From NCBI GenBank assembly GCA_964016885.1, contig OZ024743.1, forward strand, positions 266,972,001 through 267,036,000: a DNA stretch of 64,000 nt, written 5' to 3'. This stretch comes from Eledone cirrhosa. Lineage: Eukaryota. The notes below the pieces were generated by a model. It searched no databases. It was not told the DNA's origin and worked only from the letters and a program-made list of their open reading frames with translations. Made by a program: the position numbers and the translations under genes. Shown here one piece after another: positions 54,401 to 64,000 of this stretch; within the stretch, counting starts at the first letter, position 1; the number at the start of each line of letters is the position of its first letter.

Positions 54401-55371
54401 GTAATGTTTAGTTTGTTTGTGATGATAATGTTTTTGAGAATTATGTTAGTCTTGTGTATTATCTTTTGGTTCTGTTTGGAGTTCTGGATCCTAGGGAGGG
54501 TGTCTCGTTGCCCCATGTCAGATTCTTTCATTTTCATCCATTCGATCATAATTTCATCCTTCAAGTTGGCAAGTTCATTCTCATTCATTTCTTTATCATT
54601 TACGATCTCATTATTTTCATTTGGAGTTTCATCCTGAGCATGCACTCCCTCCACTTTTTCGATCCTTTCTTTAATTTGTTCTGTTGCCAGTGATTCCGCC
54701 CCAAACCCGGGATTCGAAGTGTTACAATTTACCTCGTTTTCACTGACACATGTTTCATTTTCCCTTCGCTGACTTTGTGCTAATAGCTTGATCTGATCAA
54801 TTTCTATATCAGTTAGTAACTTTTTTCTTACAATATTTCTTCGTATATTTGCTAGTTTGTTACTGTCAATGTAGCCTTGTTTTCGGGATGTTTCTTTTTC
54901 CAGTTGATATATGTCTGTTCTGTATTCGATGTATTTGATGGGTAGTATATGGCAGTGTAGAAAGCCTCAAGGACTTCTTTATTATCTTCCCTTGACCATT
55001 TTTCCCTCTTTTTCTTTGGATTTCTTGGTGGTGAGCATGGAGGGCTAACAGTAGGAGTATTCCGGTTATGGGAGGTCCCCAGCTCCGAAGTGATGGGAAG
55101 CTTTGAACCATTAGCTGATTTTTCGACCCCAGCCTGGTTCCTCTCTGAGGGATGCGGCCCTTTTTTACCCGGGTGACGGCCGATCCGGTATGAGATTTTA
55201 TCATTAGACATTTACTTTATTTTGTCGCGTTTTATCCTCCTCCGCCAAGGGGTAATCATTTCGTGTTACCACTTCTAGAACGAGTGTCAACCAAGACTAG
55301 AGGGGCCGTTATCCCTTAGAGACACGGCTATTTCCCGCCGGCCGCCATCCCGGTATTTCTTGGTCACGGGG
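51429..55371 (-). mobile_element. R4/Dong family B, full-length with frameshifts
   Basis: ATG 55211 (MSNDKISY.., KWSREDNKEVLEAFY); pieces down to 51573 include YMDD, CCHC and PD-D nuclease; (TTA)n both sides. Confidence 0.95.
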
Positions 55372-55420
<49 letters not shown>

Positions 55421-55638
55421 GAATGCTATGGTTGACGGAGGCTCGGCTCTGTAAGGTACTGTAAATTTTGAACGCTTTAACAATTGTAAATTGTTTAAAA
55501 CTTAGACCAACTTGTAGACAAAAACACCCTCCTCCTCGTGAGAGGGGTCTTTCTGCCCGTTATTTAGCCCTTCGGGGTTAAATAACTGCTTATTGGGGGT
55601 TTGTAGCCAATATTTATTTTAAACAAAAAAAAAACAAC

Positions 55639-57740
55639 ATGGCTACGAAAAAGAATTTGCATAGGTCACTCCCACTCATTCCGTCTTCTTCTTCCTCAAT
55701 CGTCACTACAGCACAGAGAAGATTGTCTCTCTCCCTCCCTTCTTTAAATGTGCCTCTCTCCCTCCCTTCTCTTTCGCAAGTGACGAAAGTAAAGAAAAGT
55801 CTCGTGCAAAGCATGCAAGGTTTCTCCACGACGACGACGACAGCGACGAAGCAGGTGTGCGGGAAATACGAAAACCCAATTCATTCGTCTGACGTCAGGA
55901 ATAATAGCAGTAGCAGCCGTAATAACAACAGCAACAGTGACAATGAAAACAACAGTAGCAGCCGCAACAGCATCACCAGCAGCATAAACAACAACAGCAT
56001 TAGCAGCAGCAACACCAACAACAACCACAGCAACAGCGGCGAAGGCAGTAGTCGTAGTACCTGCTGCAACAACAAAAGTAACAGCAGCTCTGACGACAAC
56101 AACAACAACAGCAGCAAAGAAAAACCAATCTCATTTGCAGGTATTGCAAAAAACTTGGAAACAATCCTGATAACAAATGAGGAATTAGAGGAAGCGAAGA
56201 AGATGGTGACAAAGAATGGACACCGAGCAATCTGCAAGGCAGCGGAAAATTTTTTCGAAACCCAACAGCACTGTACGGTCACGTACCGTACAGTAAGTAC
56301 AAAATCCCGTAGGGTGGAAAGAGCCACAGAGGCCCAAATACAAAAAGCATTGGGGTCTGTGTGGCAGCGGAAAACGCACATTACCCGAGGCAAAAAATAT
56401 GCCACCGTAGACGTACTTTTTGCCACAACCCAGGAGGCAAAGGCCCAATCCGTAGTGACCCTAAGGAGCGAGGAAATGGTGTTGGTGCCCTCCTACTGCG
56501 GGCAAAAAATCGTGAGGGTCAAACTGACCCACGTCCCCCCCGGAATGGCCCCTTCTTGGCTGGCCGCCTAGTCCTCGTCGGAATCGAGGACAAAACAACT
56601 GTACTGCAAGTACAGAAAAAAGTAAGAGAAGATTGTGTCGGCACCTCCATTGAGATGCTAATCCAAACCAACCAGGAGTGCATCGAAGCTATCCCGGATG
56701 TGATAGACTTCGATAACGGCACTCACCTGCCCATAAGTGTTGAGGGCAAACGCCCGAAATGCTTTCGCTGTGGATCGAAGACTCACCTCAGGGCCTTCTG
56801 CAACGAGAGACCCTGAGAAAGGAGAAAACCCCCCTCCTTCCGAAACCGGCTCCACGGCTACCAGCAAAAGGACAAGCGGCAACCAGGAACGATAGGTCCG
56901 TGGCACCCATACCCACGCCACGGAAATCAAAAACAGCAGCAGCAGTGGAAATATTAACAACAAAAAGAGCAATACCAAATGCAGCTGCAACAGAGACTCC
57001 AGTGCAAACATCACCAACAACAACAAGTGAAAGAGTGGAGCTGGTACCCCTCCCCGACCTCACAGAATCAGACATCGAGTGTGAGGTGGGAGAGGGATGG
57101 CAAAAGGTCGTAAGAAGACACAAACGCAGAAGCAGCGCATCGTCGCCTTTGAAAAGGGAGGAAAGAAATGAGAAAAGGGTAAAGTCTACTGCAAAGAGAC
57201 CCACAGCAGCAACACCACCAACACCATCACCACCCACACTAGCACCACCATCACCACCGGCGACAATCCCACCGCCAACAACACCTTCAACACCACCACC
57301 ACAAGCACCAACATCGCAAACACAACAACAAAACACACACATCCAGCAACAACGACATGAAAATAGCAGAACCACACCTCCACCCCCAGAAAAACAAATG
57401 CACGGCAATAAATACACACAACAAGAAACTAATGACTTACATAATTGAACACACAGACATTTCACAACAGGACTACATAATACCAGCACCAATCAAAACG
57501 CCAACTAACATAAGACTGCTAAAAATAGCACAGAAACAATACACAAACATTAAAACGAAATTCCCCAACGCAGTTGGTGATTTCAGGGACCTAGGAGGAA
57601 CCATCAATCGAAGAGTATATTCAGACATACTCTTAGAAGAGCCGACGACCAGCCGAAGGGACGATTCAACGGTCCCTTCACCAGACGATCAACTGAAAAG
57701 GGATGTAAAAACCATCCCTCCTCTACCAAAAGTACGGTAA
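55639..57740 (+). pseudogene. Tx1 ORF1 (CCHC knuckle CFRCGSKTHLRAFC), frameshifted
   Basis: Pieces 55639..56571, 56361..56816, 56759..57448, 57357..57740 colinear with copy 1. Confidence 0.85.
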
Positions 57741-57775
57741 GTGGTCTTTCCCATCTTTTCCACTCTATTTTAAAC

Positions 57776-60700
57776 ATGACCTCACTCAGAATAGGCAGCA
57801 TAAATGCGCGTGGCTTGGGGTCGTCATGGAAGCAGCGTCACCTGCTCAACGACCTCAGGTCACTAAACATAGATGTAGTGGCCATCAGCGAGACCAGAAT
57901 CTCCGAAGCACGGGCCTTCGCACCGATCTTCGGCGGCTACGATGTGTACGCATCTCCCAGCCGTCCTGGATCGGGTGGAGGAGTTGCTGTGCTTTTTCGG
58001 AGAGGTTTGGATCTCGCCATACGGGCCATCTTCCTGGACCCAGAGGGTAAGTTGCTGGTGCTGGACGTGACCAGCGGAGACGGCCAAGCTTTCAGGCTAG
58101 TGGCCGTCTATGCCCCGACAGGAGCAGGGCGGCCTGATTTCTTCCGGCGTCTGGAGACCTTTCTTGGAACGTCCCGCTCTTTAGTGTTAGTGGGCGACTG
58201 GAACGGGATCTTAGATGCACGCTGGGACTGTGTGGGATTAGCGGATATGGGTGGAGGGTGCAAGAGCCTCACTAACCTGCTCAGGCGTTTTGAACTGTCT
58301 GACAGGTACCGATTGGATTTCCCGTATGTGCCAATGTGGACTTGGACAAACCGCATAGGGTCATCCAGATCATATCTAGATAGAGTATTTTGTAGGGAAA
58401 TAGATAGGTCTAGCATAGGCTGTCCACAATTCAAGATAGTCAGCTACACGGACCACAAATTCGTGATCTGTGTGCTTGACTTAGATAGGTTTCATAGACG
58501 AGGACCCGGCTACTGGAAGCTAAACGCGTCCTTACCAGCGCGCAAGGCCTACAGAGACCGGATTAGCGAACTAGTTAAGCGGGCGTTGACGGGGGCCATC
58601 GTCAACAACAAGTGGTGGTTTGCTCTGAAAAGAGCGATTAGATTAGAATCGATTAGGTTTAGTAAGGCTTTAGCAATAGAGAAAAATAGAGCAGAGGGAG
58701 AACTAGTTAGAAAATTAGACGAGGCGCTTAGCAAAGGCATTGCGACCGACGTGCTTGCGGCGAAATTGGCCCTTGACCAATTCTTCAATGCAAAGCACGA
58801 AGGCTGCGTTGTCAGAGCAAGGGTGCGTGCTCTCAGACACGAGGGGACGAAAGCCGTTCAATGGGCCCGAGTGGCGGAGGCGCGTCGTGGCAACAAAGCC
58901 ACGATCCGGTATTTGGTGGACCACGACGGGCGCATGCTACTCGATCCCGGGCAAATGTGTGAAGCTTTTCAGCGACACTTCGCTCAGCTGTTCGGGGGCA
59001 GCGGGGGGCCGGGTAGAGGCATGGACTTTAGTGTCTACCTCGACGGACTGCCGCGGCTCTCGGCCACTGAGGCGAAGTGTTGCGAAAAGCCGATAACAGC
59101 CGCTGAAGTAAGGGAAGCAATGACTGGCTGCACAAGGGGTAAATCGCCTGGTTTGGATGGTCTGCCCTATGAACTTTACGTACAGATGCCAGACTGGTTC
59201 GGAGGCCTCTTGGCGGACGTCTACTGCAACTGGCAACAGAACGGGAGAATTCCCAGTTCTGTGAGCCGAGGAGCGGTGGCACTGCTGAGAAAGGATCCGA
59301 ACAAGGGGGATAACATAGACAATTTCCGGCCCTTAACTCTGCTAAACACAGAGTTCAAGATTTTGGCCAAGGTGCTAGCAAAGAGGTTGGCGCTTGTCGT
59401 TGGTGGTCTGGTGGGAGAGGCGCAGACATGCGCCATTCCCGACAGATCCATACACGACAACCTCCACCTCATGCGATACATCATAGAGAGGGTAGCTAAG
59501 GAACCTGGCACGGGTGGGTCCTTGATCAATTTAGATCAGTCGAAAGCTTTCGATAGGGTCGACCATCGTTACCTAGCGGCAGTCCTGAGGGCGGCTGGCT
59601 TTGGGCCCGTCTTCAGAGGCTGGATCGCTGCCATGCACAGCGACATCTGCTCTGTGGTGAGAGGAAACGGTCACCTGTCGGAACCGTTCAACATCATGCG
59701 CTCTGTCCGCCAAGGATGTCCCCTCTCGTCCCTCTTGTACGTATTGACTCTCGAGCCATTACTGCACAAACTGGACACGTTCAGGGGAGTCCCGCGCGAA
59801 CTAGGATGCGGAAGATCCGTGTCAGCATATGCGGACGATGTCACCGTAGTGGTGTCGAACGCCAAACACATCGAGGCGATCGGCACTACACTAAGAGAAT
59901 ACGAAGCGGTGACAGGAGCAATGATCAACCAGGAAAAGTCAGTGGGCCTGCAGCTCGGCACCTGGAAAGGCAGGTCCATGCCGTCCAACAGTGTCGTCGG
60001 GCGCTGGACGGACGGACCGGTTAAATTGCTAGGGGTCTGGTTCGGTCCGGACCTCCAGACGGACAAAAACTGGGACGAGGTGACGAGCAGGGTGCCTTCT
60101 CTCACCCAGAAATGGGCGGAGAGGAAGCTATCCCTGAAAGATCGAGCGGAGGTGGCTAACGCGTACATCGCGTCTGTCATCTGCTACCGCCTAACCGTCG
60201 TACCTTCTCCTAAGCCCCGCCTGACTGCGCTGGAGCGTTTGCTCTTCCGCTTTTTGTGGAAGGGACGTGCTCCGATGGTCAGGCGATCCATCTGTTGTCA
60301 ACACCCGCTACGTGGAGGGCTGGGCATGCCGTGGCTGATGATGCGCATGCACGCGCTCAGGCTACGACATCTCCACCTCTTCCTCGACGGTGATCAGGTG
60401 TGGTCGCCGTTTGCTAGACGCGTTTTTCCCCAGCTCGTTTCCTTGACGGAGCTGCAGTCCTGGGTCAAGCGAAGACCGAGAGGGAGCGCCTGGAGACTGG
60501 AATGTCTTCAGGCGCTCACAGCCCTCGACCAATCGGGCAATGTGATCGGTGGAAACTCTACCTCGGCGTTCTATAGAGGATTAGTGGAGGGGAAGAGCGA
60601 CGACGTACTTGGGGAAACTCTAGGCGTCGACGAAAATCAACTAGCCAATCTCTTCGGAAGAACTTTCGGGCCAGGGCCTATGGACAACTTCCAGAAATCT

Positions 60701-61195
60701 CTGGCCTGGCAGTGCTACCGAGGAGCCTTGCCAGTTCGGGATAAACTCTATAGGCATGGAGGTGCCGACAGCCGGGCATGTCCGAGATGCGTGCAGGGCG
60801 ACGAAACCGTCCTGCACGCACTCGTCCAGTGTCCGAAAATTGCTGACTTGTGGGTTTATGTCGAACACCTGCTGTCGCGTTTAGGACGGATCCGGCTATC
60901 ATCTGAGTCCATCGTGAGGATTGCCCCGCCCTCCTCCTTTAGCCGGGAAGGGCAGGCAGTTTTTATCTGCCTGGTGGCCATGGTGAAAGAGATAGTATGG
61001 TGGACACGTTTGAAAGGGCTGAAGACGAGCACTTACCTCTTCGGTGATGCTCTGATTGACTTTTTCAATTTTCATTTGAAAAGGAAAATCAGAGTAGAGA
61101 GGGAAGTGCTCTCTTCCCAGCATTTTGTTGAAAGATGGGTGAGAGAAGCAAGAATGGCCCGAGTGAATGGGCCTACTCTGAGTATATATCTGTAA
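57776..61195 (+). CDS. Tx1 ORF2: APE endonuclease + reverse transcriptase + C-terminal Cys/His finger, 1139 aa, intact
   Basis: SINARGL, ISET, VYAP, GDWN, YLDR, TDH (APE); PGLDG, FRPLTLLN, DQSKAFD, RQGCPLS, YADD (RT); CPRC...H...C. Confidence 0.97.
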   Translation: MTSLRIGSINARGLGSSWKQRHLLNDLRSLNIDVVAISETRISEARAFAPIFGGYDVYASPSRPGSGGGVAVLFRRGLDLAIRAIFLDPEGKLLVLDVTSGDGQAFRLVAVYAPTGAGRPDFFRRLETFLGTSRSLVLVGDWNGILDARWDCVGLADMGGGCKSLTNLLRRFELSDRYRLDFPYVPMWTWTNRIGSSRSYLDRVFCREIDRSSIGCPQFKIVSYTDHKFVICVLDLDRFHRRGPGYWKLNASLPARKAYRDRISELVKRALTGAIVNNKWWFALKRAIRLESIRFSKALAIEKNRAEGELVRKLDEALSKGIATDVLAAKLALDQFFNAKHEGCVVRARVRALRHEGTKAVQWARVAEARRGNKATIRYLVDHDGRMLLDPGQMCEAFQRHFAQLFGGSGGPGRGMDFSVYLDGLPRLSATEAKCCEKPITAAEVREAMTGCTRGKSPGLDGLPYELYVQMPDWFGGLLADVYCNWQQNGRIPSSVSRGAVALLRKDPNKGDNIDNFRPLTLLNTEFKILAKVLAKRLALVVGGLVGEAQTCAIPDRSIHDNLHLMRYIIERVAKEPGTGGSLINLDQSKAFDRVDHRYLAAVLRAAGFGPVFRGWIAAMHSDICSVVRGNGHLSEPFNIMRSVRQGCPLSSLLYVLTLEPLLHKLDTFRGVPRELGCGRSVSAYADDVTVVVSNAKHIEAIGTTLREYEAVTGAMINQEKSVGLQLGTWKGRSMPSNSVVGRWTDGPVKLLGVWFGPDLQTDKNWDEVTSRVPSLTQKWAERKLSLKDRAEVANAYIASVICYRLTVVPSPKPRLTALERLLFRFLWKGRAPMVRRSICCQHPLRGGLGMPWLMMRMHALRLRHLHLFLDGDQVWSPFARRVFPQLVSLTELQSWVKRRPRGSAWRLECLQALTALDQSGNVIGGNSTSAFYRGLVEGKSDDVLGETLGVDENQLANLFGRTFGPGPMDNFQKSLAWQCYRGALPVRDKLYRHGGADSRACPRCVQGDETVLHALVQCPKIADLWVYVEHLLSRLGRIRLSSESIVRIAPPSSFSREGQAVFICLVAMVKEIVWWTRLKGLKTSTYLFGDALIDFFNFHLKRKIRVEREVLSSQHFVERWVREARMARVNGPTLSIYL

Positions 61196-61443
61196 ATTAA
61201 AGGTGGAAAACTGGGAGAGGGCACTTGCCTTGGTGGTCAGGATCATTGTGGCTTTTTACTGGGCTTTCTCCACAAATGTCCCTCCGAAGTCTGCCCCCTA
61301 TTGGGGAATTTTTCATTGTTATTTTTTGTTACATCCTCTGTTTTTGTTTTTTACACGCAGAAATGCCCATTTGTACCGTCCTGCTTTGTCCTGCACTGTC
61401 CTTAATGTCTACTTTATGTAAACCCTTGTGGTTAATAAAGAAA

Positions 61444-61484
<41 letters not shown>

Positions 61485-61493
61485 GTTGTTATT

Positions 61494-62573
61494 CCTTGAA
61501 TCTCAGTCATTGATGTTGGTTAACTGGAAAGTCCGTTGGATTGAATATCAAGCCACTACCTGCAGCCTCAGATATTCAGGACGTATCGGAGGTTTCTTGC
61601 TGTTCCAAGCAAGCATGCCTTTTGAAGCGTTCCAAAAAGCGTGAAGGGGCCGATTTTCTTTAACCATCCCTGGAAACTTTTGGAGATAGTCCCCAGTGCG
61701 CCTATGACAATCGGGATCACTTTGACTTCATGGCAGTTCCAAATCCTTTTCACCTCCCACTTTAGGTCCTGGTATCGGTTAATTTTCTCCCTCTCCTTCT
61801 CTTGCACTCTCGTGTCGAACGGGCAGGCCACATCCACAATCAGGCACGATCTTTTTTCTTTGTCCACAACCACCAGGTCAGGTTTATTGTGTTCCAGTTT
61901 TTTGTCCGTCTGTATCCTAAAATCCCACAGCACCTTCACCTGATTGTTCTCCATCACCGCCTCTGGCCTATGCTCATACCATTTCTCAGAATGTGGTAAA
62001 TTGTTTACTTTGCACAGGTGCCAGTGGATCACCCTGCCCATCACATCGTGTCTCCAACCCTTATAGTGGGTCTGGGCTAGGTGTTTACACTCGGACACAA
62101 TGTGAGCCACAGTCTCCTCTCTCTCTCCACAGATCCTGCACAGTGGGCTAACCTCCTCCTTGTAGATATGGTGCTTCAACCACTTCGTTTTGAGGGCCTG
62201 CTCCTGCGCAGCCATTAGCATTCCTTCTGTAGCCTTTTTGAGGTCTCCTCTTCTCAACCAGTTCCATGTCTGTGGATCTCTAAATTCAGTTTTCTCAAAG
62301 AAGGTACTATGAAGGGATTTTCCCTTAAGGCTGCTCTTCCTCTTTGATGTTATTTCCTCCTTGGACATCCCCTGGCCTACTGTCCCCCCCTTCAGTACAG
62401 TTCTGAGCATTGGCTCCTTACTATAGGTCACGTATTTGTCTAGATTGTTTTTCTCCATCTGAACACAGTCCTCTATGCTGATAAGACCTCTTCCACCCTC
62501 AGATCTCCTTAGGTAGAGTCTATCGACATCACTCCTCTTGTGGAACATGTTGTAGATAGTCAATAGCTTCCTA
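61494..62573 (-). mobile_element. R4/Dong family A1, 5'-truncated (open 331-aa C-terminal frame)
   Basis: 61568..62563 encodes CCHC + RLE; TTA repeats both sides. Confidence 0.94.
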
Positions 62574-62576
62574 ATT

Positions 62577-62607
<31 letters not shown>

Positions 62608-62779
62608 TTGTTTTTATTATTATTATTATTTCTATTATGTTCCACCATTTTTATCTGAGACTATTTTATCTCAAACCATTTTATCTGAGACATTAACATT
62701 AAATACATGCTAAAAATACACTAGTGAATATTCTCAGGAAATAGTAACTTATAAACAAAAATGGCCTTGTTACGAGTTA

Positions 62780-63210
62780 GACAACATCACAATCATCGTT
62801 ATCATCAACATCATGTTTTTGTTATCATCATAAACATCATCATCACCCTCATCATTATCATCACCATCATCACTATCTTCATTCTCATCATCATCATGAA
62901 ATCATCATCACCATTATTATCATCGTCATCTTTTTTATCAACATCATCACCAGCAACACTGGGACCACCACCAGAAGCACTGGGACCACCACCAATAAAA
63001 GAACCACCACCAACACTAGAACCACCACCCTCACTACTCTCATCATCATCATCATTTCCATCATCATCTTAATCATTGACCTCCCCCACTACAACCGCCA
63101 TCACCCAAACCTATATACCACCATCTACCTATATACAATACAACAACAATAACAGTACTACTATTAATAATCCTTATTATCATCAGCATCATGAACATCA
63201 TCTTCATAAT
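62780..63210. repeat. (CAT)n/(ACC)n low-complexity tract with short GGACCACCACCA-type repeats
   Basis: Direct reading. Confidence 0.8.
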
Positions 63211-63461
63211 TATTTCTGTGTCTATTATTTTTTTTTTGTAACGTTATTGCTAGCAATCTTAATTTGAAATTGAGTTAAACCGACATTGTTGAACTTCTGA
63301 CAGTTTTGACCTTCCAAAGAAATAATTCATATTGCAATTTTACTCTTATTTTGCTCGACATAAAACAAATCAAAACCTCGACGTCTATGTGTAATTTAGC
63401 TTTTGGTTTAATCATAAATAAAAAGACTACACCACTCCAAGATATCAACTGATAAACTCTC

Positions 63462-63492
<31 letters not shown>

Positions 63493-63877
63493 GTGACAGA
63501 GAGTGTCATTCAGACTAAATATAGAGAGAGAGATATAGACAATTTAAAGATATACATACATAGATATATTCAATTCACAAACTCATTGCATGTAGACATA
63601 ATAGATGAAGCTTATGATAGACAGCAAGAAAGAAAAAAAGCAGGTTAGTTTCGTTAACCTGTGGATTTCCTGGTCGACACTTACGTAACGCATTTCTGTC
63701 AGCACCTTGTAACTATTTTTTCGATTGTTTGTATTTCTGCCGGTTGTACAAGTCGCCTTCTTTGAAATTACAGATATACTTATGTGTATAATTTAATTCA
63801 ACCCCAACACATTCACTATTAATATCGAGGTTAGTACATGAATTAAGTTCATCTTCGTTCGTTACGTGTGATTTATT

Positions 63878-64000
63878 GGCAGTGTCGTTAGAGCATAGGA
63901 GTAAACGCCTAGTGGTCTTTGCTGTGGCTCTCTGATGCCCGAGTTCAACTTCTAGTGTGGTGAAATTTTTCTTTCAGTCATTCGAGGTAGACAAAATAAA
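63878..64000 (+). mobile_element. tRNA-type SINE 5' part (runs off window)
   Basis: A-box-like tggcagtgtcgttag, B-box-like gagttcaact, then tttcagtcattcgaggtagacaaaataaa core. Confidence 0.55.

Larger units (their letters stand above)
55421..61445 (+). mobile_element. Tx1/L1-clade non-LTR retrotransposon copy 2, full-length
   Basis: 5' UTR, ORF1, ORF2, 3' UTR with AATAAA, flanked by (TTA)n on both sides. Confidence 0.96.

Noticed and set aside
62940-63035. Pro-rich GPPP/EPPP repeat ORF
   Set aside because: Embedded in a (CAT)/(ACC) low-complexity tract with no gene structure

Overview
This is AT-rich eukaryotic (invertebrate) genomic DNA; the SINE and microsatellite style suggests a cephalopod, which is an inference. 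No host protein-coding gene could be supported. The window has three parts. (1) 1-10330 and (3) 30155-62630 are dense arrays of non-LTR retrotransposons separated by short (TAA/TTA)n linkers. They contain two restriction-like-endonuclease (R4/Dong-clade) families, here called A (subfamilies A1 and A2) and B, always reading with (TAA)n on their sense strand. They also contain an APE-type two-ORF Tx1/L1-clade family, always in the opposite orientation, with one intact 1139-aa ORF2 at 57776-61195. (2) 10330-30150 is a spacer rich in (TA)n, degenerate tRNA-type SINEs and a U2 snRNA pseudogene. It also holds four unrelated fold-back (palindrome plus one-sided tail) inserts in (TA)n, several hammerhead-ribozyme-like motifs and a Penelope-like RT relic. 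The top leads are a frame-conserved hydrophobic 44-50 aa uORF ahead of the family A RT ORF, the shared architecture of the (TA)n fold-back inserts, and strand-opposed co-targeting of one microsatellite by two unrelated endonuclease classes. All alignments and coordinates were read by eye.
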